From contig JAZQXH010000067.1 of the NCBI GenBank assembly GCA_045632745.1, positions 4,776 through 68,775 on the forward strand: a stretch of DNA of 64,000 nucleotides, written 5' to 3'. Shown piece by piece: positions 21,100 to 31,316 of the stretch; position 1 is the stretch's first letter, and each line of letters starts with the position of its first letter. Origin of the DNA: Alloprevotella sp. GTDB lineage: Bacteria; Bacteroidota; Bacteroidia; Bacteroidales; Bacteroidaceae. The notes beneath the pieces were generated by a model that saw nothing but the letters and a program-made list of their open reading frames with translations, did no database searches and was not told the DNA's origin. The position numbers and the translations under genes were made by a program.

Positions 21100-21560
21100 A
21101 AAAACTTGACAAAATCGTTGTCAAGTTTTTTTTAACATCCCTTAACGCTGCTCAAAAAGTAAAAAAGTTTAAAACTTTAACTTCTGTTAAGAATTTCTTA
21201 GGAAGTTTAACGAAAATTTTCGGAAAATTGAGGGAAATTTTCCTTCTTCAAAAGAAAAAAGTTTTTCTTCAAAGGAAAAATTTCTTACTTCAAAGGAAAA
21301 AAATCCTTCTTCAAAGGAAGTTTTCAGGAGGAAGGTCATAAAAAAAGGAGAGCATCGCTGCCCTCCATCATCTTTATGCAAATATACAACAAAAATCGGC
21401 GATCTCCAAATCTGCATTTCGCGTCATTTTTACAAAAGTTAACAGTTTAGCACCCACTTTTGCTATTTCTTAACTTACAAAAAAGTGATTTTTGCAAGTC
21501 CAATTTTAGGGGCAAAAATTGAAATGCTCGAAAATAATCAAAACGGTTTTGGGAATTTAT
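21100..21560 (-). repeat. ~450-bp dispersed unit, copy 1 (promoter, terminator, 21-bp array)
   Basis: Collinear and highly similar to 56717-57190; 4 x 21-bp repeats with cttcaaa at 21246, 21267, 21288, 21309. Confidence 0.85.
21379..21410 (-). promoter_or_regulatory. Bacteroidetes sigma-A promoter TTTG-N20-TATATTTG
   Basis: Matches the -33/-7 consensus; same geometry at 43440-43471 and 57000-57031. Confidence 0.75.
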
Positions 21561-21567
21561 TAAATTA

Positions 21568-21770
21568 TACTCAACTTTCGCAAACTTTAGTTGAATGAGG
21601 TTATGAGGTTGTAAGGTCGCTACGCTTTAAGGTTTTGAGAACTATCCAGATTGTTTATATAAACGGATGGGGGATTAATCCGAATGATAAATCTTAAATA
21701 AGTAGATGAGTTGTTAGGTACGCTCATCAGCTTCGCAGTCTTATCTCTCAACTCTCAAGAACTCCAAAAG
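21568..21770. repeat. Modular repeat element (subtype shared with 39765 and 52628)
   Basis: tactcaactttcgcaa...ggttatgaggttgtaaggtcgctacgctttaagg...ctatccaga...ccgaatg. Confidence 0.8.
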
Positions 21771-21908
21771 TAATCCTTTATGCAACAAATAAGGAGTAAA
21801 CTTTCGCTAATTTTCATATTTTTGGAAAAAACACCGTAATATTCTTTATGATTCAACCGAAAATCATTACTTTTGCCCTCGAAATATTAAAACACACAAA
21901 CTTTCATT

Positions 21909-22613
21909 ATGAAAAAGAACGTTAATACCCCCGAAGACCCCACTGCAGAAGCACTTGCGACAAGCAGCGCGTGGTTGGAAACAAACAAGAAAAGCCTTAT
22001 CGGAATAACAGTTACGTTGTTCGTTGTGATTGGTGCTTACTTAGGCTACACTAAACTTTATCAGGAACCCCGCGAAGAGCGTGCACAGTCTTTGTGTACA
22101 CAGGGACTTGGTTATCTTGCATCAGGTGATTATGCAACAGCACTCGATGGCGAAGCAACTTTCCTCGGTTACTTGAAGATTGCTGATGAGTATGCAGGTA
22201 CAAATGGCGGAAATCTCGCTAAGCTTTATGCAGGTCTTTGCTATGCTCATCAAAATAAATATGCAGAGGCAATCAATTGTCTCGAAGATTTCGATACGAA
22301 GGGTGACCAGTCTGTATCAGCAATGGCGCTCTACGCATTGGCGAACTGCTATGCGGCAGAAGGCAATCTTGATAAGGCTGTAAGCACATTCAAGGATGCT
22401 GCTGCTCAAGCTGACAACAACGCTTTGAGCCCCATGTGTTTGCTCGAAGCTGGTAAGCTTCTTGAAAGTCAGGGTAATGCTGCTGAAGCTCTCAAACTTT
22501 ACGAACAGATTAAGAACGATTATCCTACAGCTCAGGTGGCTGCTGTTACATCGGTAGGAAATGCCGCTTTCGCTGCAGAAATCGACAAGTATATTCAGCG
22601 CGCAAGCAAGTAA
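21909..22613 (+). CDS. Membrane-anchored TPR protein (YfgM-like)
   Basis: N-terminal TM and TPR helices; usual ribH neighbour. Confidence 0.8.
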   Translation: MKKNVNTPEDPTAEALATSSAWLETNKKSLIGITVTLFVVIGAYLGYTKLYQEPREERAQSLCTQGLGYLASGDYATALDGEATFLGYLKIADEYAGTNGGNLAKLYAGLCYAHQNKYAEAINCLEDFDTKGDQSVSAMALYALANCYAAEGNLDKAVSTFKDAAAQADNNALSPMCLLEAGKLLESQGNAAEALKLYEQIKNDYPTAQVAAVTSVGNAAFAAEIDKYIQRASK

Positions 22614-22754
22614 CATAATAAGGGCAGGTTGAGTATTCAAATAATTACTTTTGCCCTTTTAGAGAAAAGACGGGTAGGCAAGCAAGATTAATATATAAAA
22701 CTTCCTTGTCTATCCGTTCGTTTTTATTTTAACATTATAATCAAAATAGTAGTT

Positions 22755-23243
22755 ATGTCATCCTTTTCTTATCTTGGTCAAGCAAGTCAAAATATTCCCG
22801 ACGCTTCGCAATATCGCTTCGGAATTGTTGTAACAGAGTGGAACAACCATATTACAGACAAACTCCTTGAGGGAGCCGTTGAAACGCTCAAACAGTATGG
22901 GGTGGATCCTTCCAGCATCACGATAGAGTGTGTTCCCGGAAGTTTTGAACTTATTTATGCCAGTTCGCAACTTGCAAAGCGTGGTTATCTCGATGCTGTA
23001 ATCGCCATTGGTTGTGTTATTAAGGGCGACACTCCACATTTTGATTATATATGCCAGGGTACAACGCAGGGTATCGCACAAATCAATGCTACTGCCGATA
23101 CTCCTATTATCTATGGAGTGCTTACAGTAAACAATGAAGAACAAGCTTTGGAACGTACAGTTGGCAAAATTGGTAATAAAGGAAAAGAATTTGCACTTTC
23201 TGCGATAAAAATGGCAGAATTCTCTTGGCAGTTACAAAACTAA
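22755..23243 (+). CDS. ribH: 6,7-dimethyl-8-ribityllumazine synthase
   Basis: VPGSFEL, IGCVIKGDTPHFDYIC, NKG. Confidence 0.95.
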   Translation: MSSFSYLGQASQNIPDASQYRFGIVVTEWNNHITDKLLEGAVETLKQYGVDPSSITIECVPGSFELIYASSQLAKRGYLDAVIAIGCVIKGDTPHFDYICQGTTQGIAQINATADTPIIYGVLTVNNEEQALERTVGKIGNKGKEFALSAIKMAEFSWQLQN

Positions 23244-23304
23244 GTAGTAATTTTGCATCGCAATCAAGAGATAAGCGTTAAGCAAACAACTTGAGGTTGT
23301 GATT

Positions 23305-23387
23305 GGGCAAATACCAGAGTGGCCAAATGGGGCAGACTGTAAATCTGCTGGCTTACGCCTTCGGTGGTTCGAATCCATCTTTGCCCA
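23305..23387 (+). tRNA. tRNA-Tyr (GTA)
   Basis: gggcaaa/tttgccc acceptor stem, gcaga-ctGTAaa-tctgc anticodon arm, long variable arm, ggttcgaatcc. Confidence 0.95.
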
Positions 23388-23398
23388 CTAAGCAAATT

Positions 23399-23436
23399 GA
23401 GGATGTGAATTGAAATTCACATCCTCTTTTCTTTTT
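23399..23436 (+). terminator. Intrinsic terminator after tRNA-Tyr
   Basis: gaggatgtgaat/attcacatcctc then T-run. Confidence 0.75.
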
Positions 23437-23465
23437 ATCAATTCGTATGGAGAGAGGAGGATATG

Positions 23466-23527
23466 TTTACTCACTCTAACACAACTTAAGAGGGTGTGCC
23501 AAAATTTAGCATTTTGACACACCCTCT
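23466..23527. repeat. REP-like palindrome with flank; inverted copy at 53067-53127
   Basis: About 61 bp identical in reverse complement. Confidence 0.85.
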
Positions 23528-23565
23528 TTGTATTGTTTTTTTAGTAAAAGTAAATTCAAGTGTAT

Positions 23566-25026
23566 TTACTTTTTCACAGGGTCGCATGAAAGCCCTACTC
23601 CGAGTTTCTTGAAAATTTTGCGATCGACTTCGCTGAGCATCACGGTGGAGTGAACCTGGCAACCATCGAATTTAGGTAATTGGTCGAGCGCGCGGCGGCA
23701 GTTGTCGTCGGTTGTGCTGAGTACGGAGAGCGCCACGAGCACTTCGTCGGTGTGCAGGCGTGGATTCTTACCGTGAAGGAACGACACCTTGGTGCGCTGT
23801 ATTGGCTCAATCATGCTTTGCGGAATGAGCTTTACCTCGTGGGGGATGCCTGCAAGATGCTTTGTGGCATTGAGGATAAGCGCTGCGCTGGGGCCTAAGA
23901 GTTCGCTGGAGCCTGCGGTAATGATTGTTCCGTCCTGAAGTTCGATGGCGATGGCCGGGCAGTTCCAAAGTTCCTTGCGGTCGCGCGCAGCCACCGTTGT
24001 GCGGCGGTATTCCGTTGTGAGCTTGGCTTGCTTCATGATGAGCGCAATCTTGTTGACCTCGTGCTCGTTGTCAGCGCCGAGGGCGTAGCGATTGAGGGCA
24101 TCGTAGTGGCGGCGGATGATTTCGTCGCGCGCAGCGTCGCAACACACGTCCTCTGCGCTCATGCAGAAGCCAATCATGTTGACTCCCATGTCAGTGGGCG
24201 ATTTGTAGGGATTTTCGCCGTAGATATTTTCGAAGATGGCATTGAGCACGGGGAAAATCTCAATGTCACGGTTGTAGTTCACAGCTACGTTGCCGTAGGC
24301 TTCGAGATGGAAGGGGTCAATCATGTTGACATCGTTGAGGTCGGCTGTTGCTGCCTCGTAAGCGATGTTGACGGGATGTTTGAGTGGAAGGTTCCACACG
24401 GGGAACGTTTCGAACTTTGCGTAACCAGCCTTTACACCGCGTTTGTTTTCGTGGTAAAGCTGGCTGAGGCACACAGCCATCTTTCCGCTGCCAGGGCCGG
24501 GTGCTGTTACTACTACGAGCGGGCGGGTTGTTTCAACATAGTCGTTGCGTCCGAAACCATCGTCCGAACCGATGAGTGCTACGTTGTTAGGATAGCCCTC
24601 AATGGTGTAGTGGTAGCACACCTTGATGCCTTGTCGCTCAAGGCGAGAGCGGTAGGCGTCGGCGCTGGATTGGCCGTTGTAGTGCGTGATGACTACTGCG
24701 CCAGTGTAGAGTCCGACGCGCCCGAATTCTTCGCGCAGGCGCAGTACGTCTTCGTCGTAGGTGATGCCCAAGTCGCCGCGCACCTTGTTTTTCTCAATGT
24801 CCAAGGCGCTGATTACCTGAATGACTTCGGCGTAGTCGCTGAGCTGCATAAGCATCTTGAGCTTGCTGTCAGGGTTGAATCCGGGCAGTACACGGCTTGC
24901 GTGGTAGTCGTCGAAGAGCTTTCCTCCGAATTCAAGGTAGAGCTTGTCGCCAAATTGCGAAATGCGCTGCTTGATATTTTCGGATTGAATGCTCAGATAT
25001 TTATCGTTATCAAAACCGTACTTCAT
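23566..25026 (-). CDS. DUF1846 family protein
   Basis: KLYLEFGGKLFDDYHASRVLPGF, TAPGPGSGK. Confidence 0.9.
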   Translation of the reverse strand: MKYGFDNDKYLSIQSENIKQRISQFGDKLYLEFGGKLFDDYHASRVLPGFNPDSKLKMLMQLSDYAEVIQVISALDIEKNKVRGDLGITYDEDVLRLREEFGRVGLYTGAVVITHYNGQSSADAYRSRLERQGIKVCYHYTIEGYPNNVALIGSDDGFGRNDYVETTRPLVVVTAPGPGSGKMAVCLSQLYHENKRGVKAGYAKFETFPVWNLPLKHPVNIAYEAATADLNDVNMIDPFHLEAYGNVAVNYNRDIEIFPVLNAIFENIYGENPYKSPTDMGVNMIGFCMSAEDVCCDAARDEIIRRHYDALNRYALGADNEHEVNKIALIMKQAKLTTEYRRTTVAARDRKELWNCPAIAIELQDGTIITAGSSELLGPSAALILNATKHLAGIPHEVKLIPQSMIEPIQRTKVSFLHGKNPRLHTDEVLVALSVLSTTDDNCRRALDQLPKFDGCQVHSTVMLSEVDRKIFKKLGVGLSCDPVKK

Positions 25027-25070
25027 TGTAGGATGGTTTTTTGTTTAGAGGGGATATGAGAAACCATTTT

Positions 25071-25292
25071 GAAAGGAGAAAGGAGAAATGAGAAAGGCCA
25101 TCCGGATGGTAGTAGTTCTCTGTACTTTGCACTTAGTATTCTGTATTTTGCACTTAGTATTCTGTACTTTGCACTCTGTTTTCTGTACTTTGTACTCCGT
25201 ACTCCGTACTTCATCCTCTGTTCTCTGTTCTCTGTTCTCTGTTCTCTGTTCTCTGCACTCTGTACTTTGTTCTCCGTTCTCTGTACTCTAAA
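25071..25292. repeat. Heptamer tracts around the CCATCCGGATGG core
   Basis: (GAAAGGA)n, core 25098-25109, then about 25 degenerate TTCTCTG/TACTCTG units. Confidence 0.9.
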
Positions 25293-25293
25293 A

Positions 25294-27918
25294 TTATCCC
25301 CATTGTTGGCGTAAAGCCGCAATTTTAGTTTCGGCGTCAGCCTTCTTCTTGCGTTCGAGTTCAACGACTGCTACGGGCGCACTTGACACGAAGCGTTCGT
25401 TGCCCAGCTTCTTTTCAATGCCGAGGAGGAAACCTTCAAGACGCTTGATTTCAGCCATTGCTTTTTCGCGTTCGGCTTCAGCGTCAACGAGTCCTTCGAG
25501 GGGCACTGCGTATTCCGTCGTTCCCACGAGGAAGGTCATTGCGCCGGCTTGTTGTTCGGTAGTTGTTTCAATTTCAGATACGCCAGCCAATTTCTTGATG
25601 AGGTCTGTGAGCTCGGGGGTGGGGTTAGCGGGCTTTACGTAGAGCTTGAGCAATTCGCGTTGGGGAATGTTCTTGCTGTTGCGGATGGCTCTTACGCCTG
25701 AAATTACATTCTTAGCGTGGTTCATTGCTTCGAGAATTGCATTGTCGTGTTCGCAAGGTTCGTTGATGGTAAGAGGGCTTACCATGATGCTTTCGCCTTC
25801 CTTGCGTTCAGCGAGGTGCTGCCACAACTCTTCGGTGATGAAGGGCATGAAGGGGTGGAGCAGGTGGAGCAAATGGTCGAAGAAGCCGAGCGCTGTAGTA
25901 TATGTAGCCGAGTCGATGGGGCTGCCGTAAGCGGGCTTAATCATTTCGAGGTATGACGCAGAGAAGTCGTCCCAGAAGAGGCTGTACACTTCGTGGAGCG
26001 CTTCAGAGAGGCGATACTTCTTGAAGAGGTCGCTGATTTCAGCAGCGCTCTGACGGAGACGTGCGGCAAACCAAACGTTGGCTTCGTGCGATGTTTTGGG
26101 GAGTTCGATTGTAGCATCAACATTCCAACTCTTAATGAGGCGGAAGGCGTTCCAGATTTTGTTGCAGAAGTTACGTCCCTGTTCGCAGAGTGTGTCGTCG
26201 AAGAGGATATCGTTGCCCGCAGGTGCAGAGAACATCATACCCATGCGCACACCGTCGGCACCATAAGTGTCGATGAGGTCGAGGGGGTCGGGAGAGTTGC
26301 CGAGTGGCTTTGACATCTTACGACCCAACTTGTCGCGCACGATACCAGTGAAGTAAACGTTGCGGAAAGGCATGTCGCCCATGTATTCGTAACCTGCCAT
26401 AATCATACGTGCTACCCAGAAGAAGATGATGTCCGGACCAGTTACGAGGTCGGCTGTGGGGTAGTAGTAAGAGATTTCTTCGTTGCCGGGATTGTTGATA
26501 CCCTTGAAGAGCGAGATGGGCCAGAGCCATGAGCTGAACCATGTGTCGAGCGCATCTTCGTCTTGCTTGAGGTCGGCAAGTGTGAGGTTGGTGTTTCCTG
26601 ATTTTTCCTTTGCCAAAGCCAACGCTTCTTCGGCTGTAGCTGCTACGACATATCCGCCTTCGGGGAGGTAGTAAGCAGGAATGCGGTGGCCCCACCAAAG
26701 TTGGCGCGAGATACACCAGTCCTTGATGTTTTCCAACCAGTGGCGATACGTATTCTTATACTTTGCAGGATAGAACTTGAGTTCATCGTTCATTACGGGA
26801 GGCAATGCGAGGTCAGCAAAATGCTGCATCTTGAGGAACCACTGCATAGAGAGCTTGGGTTCGATTGCAACGCCTGTACGTTCGGAACAACCTACCTTGT
26901 TAGTGTAGGGTTCTACCTTTTCCATCAATCCGGCTTCCTGCAAGTCTTTCTCGATTTGACGGCGAACGTCGAAGCGGTCCATGCCGATGTACATGCCAGC
27001 TGCTTCAGAGAGTGTGCCGTTGTCGTTGAAAATGTCGATTGACTGAAGGTTGTGTTTTTCGCCAAGCATGTAGTCGTTGACGTCGTGAGCAGGTGTTACC
27101 TTGAGGCAACCTGTACCAAATTCGATGTCAACGTATTCGTCTTCGATGACGGGGATGCTACGACCCACGATGGGGACAATGACGCGTTTGCCCTTCAACC
27201 ATTCGTTCTTGGGGTCGTTGGGGTTGATGCACATTGCGGTGTCGCCCATGATGGTTTCGGGGCGTGTGGTTGCAACGATTGCATAGCGTCCTTCGGCATC
27301 GCCTTCTACCATATAGCGGAGGTAGTAGAGCTTTGAGTTTTCTTCCTTGTAAACAACTTCTTCGTCAGAGAGTGCTGTTTGAGCCGCAGGGTCCCAGTTC
27401 ACCATGCGCACACCGCGATAGATGAGCCCCTTGTTGTAGAGGTCCACGAATACCTTGATAACGCTTTCAGAGCGTTCGTCGTCCATCGTGAAGGCTGTAC
27501 GATCCCAGTCGCAAGAAGCACCTACACGGCGCAACTGCTTGAGGATGATGCCGCCGTGTTCGTCGGTCCATTCCCAGGCATGCTTCAGGAATTCTTCGCG
27601 TGTGAGGTCGGCTTTCTTGATGCCGCGTTCAGCGAGGCGAGCTACGACCTTGGCTTCGGTTGCGATAGATGCATGGTCTGTGCCAGGTACCCAACAAGCG
27701 TTCTTTCCTTCCATACGTGCGCGGCGTACAAGGATGTCCTGAATTGTATTGTTGAGCATGTGGCCCATGTGGAGAACTCCCGTTACGTTGGGAGGAGGAA
27801 TCACCACTGTGTAGGGTTGGCGACCATCGGGTTTTGAACTAAAGAGTTTGTTGTCGAGCCAATATTGGTACCATTTGCCTTCTACGGCTTCAGGCGAATA
27901 TTTAGTTGCTAATTCCAT
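25294..27918 (-). CDS. valS: Valine--tRNA ligase
   Basis: [28 protein letters not shown] motif, C-terminal coiled coil. Confidence 0.97.
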   Translation of the reverse strand: MELATKYSPEAVEGKWYQYWLDNKLFSSKPDGRQPYTVVIPPPNVTGVLHMGHMLNNTIQDILVRRARMEGKNACWVPGTDHASIATEAKVVARLAERGIKKADLTREEFLKHAWEWTDEHGGIILKQLRRVGASCDWDRTAFTMDDERSESVIKVFVDLYNKGLIYRGVRMVNWDPAAQTALSDEEVVYKEENSKLYYLRYMVEGDAEGRYAIVATTRPETIMGDTAMCINPNDPKNEWLKGKRVIVPIVGRSIPVIEDEYVDIEFGTGCLKVTPAHDVNDYMLGEKHNLQSIDIFNDNGTLSEAAGMYIGMDRFDVRRQIEKDLQEAGLMEKVEPYTNKVGCSERTGVAIEPKLSMQWFLKMQHFADLALPPVMNDELKFYPAKYKNTYRHWLENIKDWCISRQLWWGHRIPAYYLPEGGYVVAATAEEALALAKEKSGNTNLTLADLKQDEDALDTWFSSWLWPISLFKGINNPGNEEISYYYPTADLVTGPDIIFFWVARMIMAGYEYMGDMPFRNVYFTGIVRDKLGRKMSKPLGNSPDPLDLIDTYGADGVRMGMMFSAPAGNDILFDDTLCEQGRNFCNKIWNAFRLIKSWNVDATIELPKTSHEANVWFAARLRQSAAEISDLFKKYRLSEALHEVYSLFWDDFSASYLEMIKPAYGSPIDSATYTTALGFFDHLLHLLHPFMPFITEELWQHLAERKEGESIMVSPLTINEPCEHDNAILEAMNHAKNVISGVRAIRNSKNIPQRELLKLYVKPANPTPELTDLIKKLAGVSEIETTTEQQAGAMTFLVGTTEYAVPLEGLVDAEAEREKAMAEIKRLEGFLLGIEKKLGNERFVSSAPVAVVELERKKKADAETKIAALRQQWG

Positions 27919-27959
27919 TGTTTGAAGTTGTTATATATTATGTATAATGAGTATGAACT

Positions 27960-29144
27960 TTATTTGAAATCGGTGTCGAAGAAACTTTGGGGCAGTGTGC
28001 GACAGTTGTAGGTCGATGACATTACTTCGCCGTATGCTCCAGCCGAACGAAAGGCAATGATGTCGCCTCGCTGCGAAACTGGCAAGTGGTAATTCTTCGC
28101 AAAAACGTCGCTGCTTTCACAAATCGGACCAACTATGTCGTAGCGCTGGCTGTTGCTGCCCTCGGCGCTCAGATTTTCGGCATAATGCACGCTGCCATAC
28201 ATCGCAGGACGGATGAGTTCTGTAAAACCTGCATCTACGATGAGGAAGTTTTTGGTGTGACCCTGCTTCATGTAGAGCACGCTGCAAATCAGTGCACCAC
28301 ATTGGGCAACGATGCTGCGACCTAATTCGAAATGAACCTGCTGACCCGGGCGTAGTGCCAGATTTTCCTTGAATATGTCAAAGTATTCTTTGAAATTCGG
28401 AATGGGATTTTCGTTGGGATGAACGTAGTCGATACCTAATCCACCACCTACATTGATGCTCTTTGCAGAGAAACCTTCGGCTTCGAGCTGAAGCTGTAGT
28501 TCGTTGATGCGATGGCAGAGCGCTTTGTACACTTCAAGGTCGAGGATTTGCGAACCGATGTGAAAATGAAGTCCGATGACTTCGATATTTTCGAGTTCGC
28601 TGGCAAGTCGCATTGCGGGTATCATATCCTCCATGGCAAGTCCAAACTTGTTTTCGTTGAGGCCTGTGGTGATTTTTTCGTGCGTATGAGCATCTACGTT
28701 GGGGTTGATGCGGAAAGCTACGCGTGCTGTGGTATTCAATCTCTCAGCATGTTCGTTAATCACCTCCAGTTCGGGGATGCTTTCGATGTTGAAGCAATGT
28801 ATGCCGTTTTCGAGCGCAAGCGTAATTTCGCGGTCGCTTTTTCCGACTCCTGCAAAAACGATGCTGCCGGGCGAAAAACCTGCATCGAGTGCTGCTTTTA
28901 CTTCACCTCCGCTTACACAATCGGCTCCTAAACCTGCCTTGCAAATCAAGTTTAATAGTTTGGGGTTGGCATTAGCCTTCACAGCGTAGTGGACATGAAA
29001 ATGTGGCAGTTCGGCTGTTGCTTGCTGAATGCTTTGCAGCGTTTCGAGCAAAACGGATGTGTTGTAGTAGTAGAACGGACCAACCTTGCGTTCGATTTCG
29101 CAAAGTTGGTCTGTTGTTATGTCTTTATAAAAGTTGTTAGCCAT
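27960..29144 (-). CDS. lysA: Diaminopimelate decarboxylase
   Basis: YAVKAN, HFHIGSQ, GPICESSD, GAYG. Confidence 0.95.
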   Translation of the reverse strand: MANNFYKDITTDQLCEIERKVGPFYYYNTSVLLETLQSIQQATAELPHFHVHYAVKANANPKLLNLICKAGLGADCVSGGEVKAALDAGFSPGSIVFAGVGKSDREITLALENGIHCFNIESIPELEVINEHAERLNTTARVAFRINPNVDAHTHEKITTGLNENKFGLAMEDMIPAMRLASELENIEVIGLHFHIGSQILDLEVYKALCHRINELQLQLEAEGFSAKSINVGGGLGIDYVHPNENPIPNFKEYFDIFKENLALRPGQQVHFELGRSIVAQCGALICSVLYMKQGHTKNFLIVDAGFTELIRPAMYGSVHYAENLSAEGSNSQRYDIVGPICESSDVFAKNYHLPVSQRGDIIAFRSAGAYGEVMSSTYNCRTLPQSFFDTDFK

Positions 29145-29159
29145 TTTGAAGAAGAGAGG

Positions 29160-30473
29160 TTAAAATAGCTTTTTGCTCAATGCTTGTAGCGCAGCTTGTT
29201 TGTCGCAACCACGGATGAGGAAAGAAATGTTGTGGTCCGAACCGCCATACGAAATCATGCGTACGGGGATGTTTTCGAGCGCAGCAGTTACTTTGGATTC
29301 GAAACCTACGTTGTTCCAGTCTAAGTCGCCAACTACGCAGATGATACACATGTCTTCGTCAACTTCGACTGTGCCATATTTCTTAAGCTCTTCTACAATG
29401 GGGTAGATGCGGCTGTTGTTGTCAATAGAAAGGCTTACGCCGACTTCTGACGTAGTGACGAGGTCGATGCTTGTTTTGTAAGTTTCAAAGATTTCGAATA
29501 CTTTGCGGAGGAAACCCGTTGCGAGCAACATGCGGCTACTCACAATCTTGATAGCAGTGATGTTATCCTTCGCGGCAATCGCCTTGATGTTGTTGTGCTG
29601 CATCTCATTGTTGATGAGTGTGCCGGGTGCGCTGGGGTCCATCGTATTGAGCAGACGTACAGGAACACCGGCAAAGCGGGCGGGCTGTACGCATGTGGGG
29701 TGAAGAATCTTGGCTCCAAAATAAGCCAATTCAGCTGCTTCGTCGAAGTGGAGCTGGCGAACAGGCGTTGTGCCTTCTACGATGCGAGGGTCATTGTTGT
29801 GCATGCCGTCGATGTCTGTCCAAATCTGAATTTCGTCAGCACCGAGAGCAGCACCGATAAGGCTTGCTGTGTAGTCCGAACCGCCACGTTGAAGGTTGTC
29901 GATGCGTCCTTCTGCATCGCGGCAAATGAATCCTTGTGTGATATAAATATCGTAGTTGGGATTTTCGTTGAGGATTGCCTTGAGGTTGTTTTCAATGTAT
30001 GCCAAATCGGGTTCGCCGTTTTTGTCAGTCATCATATAGTCGAGCGCAGGGATAAGCATTACTTTGATGCCGATTTCCTTCAGGTAGTTTGTCACCATGT
30101 TGGTGGACATCATTTCGCCTTGCGCAAGGATTGTTTTTTCTGTAGTGGCAGTAAACTCTGTGCCTGAGAATGAGTGGAGGTACATGAATTCGTCTTCAAG
30201 GAAGTCCGACGTCTTAATCACCCATTCTTCGGCAGCGTGGAGTTCCTTAGTGTGTGTCATATATTTGGCACGCAACTTATTGATGACGCTATTTGCAGCT
30301 TCGCGGTTGCCTTTCTTCAGATAGTCGGCAATTTCGACCAATGTGTTGGTTGTGCCCGACATTGCTGAGAGCACTACTATTTTTTGCTCGCTGTTCTCGG
30401 TGATAAGGCGAGCTACTTCTTTCATTCTTGCGGGAGTTCCAACGGATGTACCTCCAAATTTTAATACCTTCAT
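29160..30473 (-). CDS. lysC: Aspartate kinase
   Basis: KFGGTSVG, RGGSDYTA, ACT domains. Confidence 0.93.
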   Translation of the reverse strand: MKVLKFGGTSVGTPARMKEVARLITENSEQKIVVLSAMSGTTNTLVEIADYLKKGNREAANSVINKLRAKYMTHTKELHAAEEWVIKTSDFLEDEFMYLHSFSGTEFTATTEKTILAQGEMMSTNMVTNYLKEIGIKVMLIPALDYMMTDKNGEPDLAYIENNLKAILNENPNYDIYITQGFICRDAEGRIDNLQRGGSDYTASLIGAALGADEIQIWTDIDGMHNNDPRIVEGTTPVRQLHFDEAAELAYFGAKILHPTCVQPARFAGVPVRLLNTMDPSAPGTLINNEMQHNNIKAIAAKDNITAIKIVSSRMLLATGFLRKVFEIFETYKTSIDLVTTSEVGVSLSIDNNSRIYPIVEELKKYGTVEVDEDMCIICVVGDLDWNNVGFESKVTAALENIPVRMISYGGSDHNISFLIRGCDKQAALQALSKKLF

Positions 30474-30483
30474 AGTTAGTTAA

Positions 30484-31209
30484 TCAAAAAACGATGGGGT
30501 TAATTTCAGCTGTGTTATCTGTGTTGATGTTTAATTCAACGTTTTGTGGTGTAATGTTTTTTACGCAATTGTCTTCGCAGGTAAGAACAATGGAGGCGGG
30601 ATATTCATCAAGTAATGCGTGGTTGTGAGTGATCATCATTACTGCTGTGCCTCGTTTGCGTATGTCCATCAGTAGTTGCATGATGCTTTCGCCTGTCTCT
30701 TTGTCAAGATTACCTGTTGGTTCGTCGGCGAGTACCAATTTAGGGTGATTGAGCAGTGCTCTTGCGATAGCTACGCGCTGTTGTTCGCCGCCAGAAAGTT
30801 CGTGGGGATAGCGCTCTGCTTTGTTAACGATACCTACTTCGTTGAGGACTTCGTTGATGCGCTTTTTTCTGTCTTCAATCGCCCAGTCTGTTACGCGAAG
30901 CACGAATTCAAGGTTTTCGTACACGGTGCGGTCTGCCAAGAGCTGAAAATCTTGAAACACAATGCCCAATCCTCGGCGTAGGTTGTGCATCTTGTTTGCA
31001 GGTAAATTCTCCATATCAAAGTTCAATACCTGAGCATGATTACCTTTGACAGGAAGTTCACCATAGATGGCTTTAAGAAGTGAACTTTTACCGCTTCCGA
31101 CTCGTCCGATGATGTAGGCAAAGTCGCCCTCTTTAAGTTGGAGGTTGACGTTGTGTAGTATGGGACGGTCGTCAATTAAAATATCGATGTTTTGAAAATC
31201 AATAAGCAT
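30484..31209 (-). CDS. ftsE: FtsE-like ABC ATP-binding protein
   Basis: GRVGSGKS, GIVFQDFQLL, LSGGEQQR, ADEPTGNLD. Confidence 0.75.
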   Translation of the reverse strand: MLIDFQNIDILIDDRPILHNVNLQLKEGDFAYIIGRVGSGKSSLLKAIYGELPVKGNHAQVLNFDMENLPANKMHNLRRGLGIVFQDFQLLADRTVYENLEFVLRVTDWAIEDRKKRINEVLNEVGIVNKAERYPHELSGGEQQRVAIARALLNHPKLVLADEPTGNLDKETGESIMQLLMDIRKRGTAVMMITHNHALLDEYPASIVLTCEDNCVKNITPQNVELNINTDNTAEINPIVF

Positions 31210-31316
31210 GCACTACTTCTTTTGTATAAATTTCTGCAAATTTAAGAATTTATTTCTTAATCTGCCGAGTGTGAAAAGGAAAAGTTGGAGGGTTGAATGA
31301 GTATTCTGTTTGGGTT

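Noticed and set aside
22614-22754. FMN riboswitch before ribH; SAM/B12 riboswitch before metH
   Set aside because: No consensus motifs seen; only a simple hairpin before ribH and a 42-bp gap before metH.
24028-25059. 343-aa plus-strand ORF (likewise 48419-49477 and 57449-58309)
   Set aside because: Antisense to well-supported genes; no recognisable motifs.
25023-25364. ORFs with QRTENRE/LCSLFSV repeats
   Set aside because: Translation artefacts of heptamer DNA repeats.
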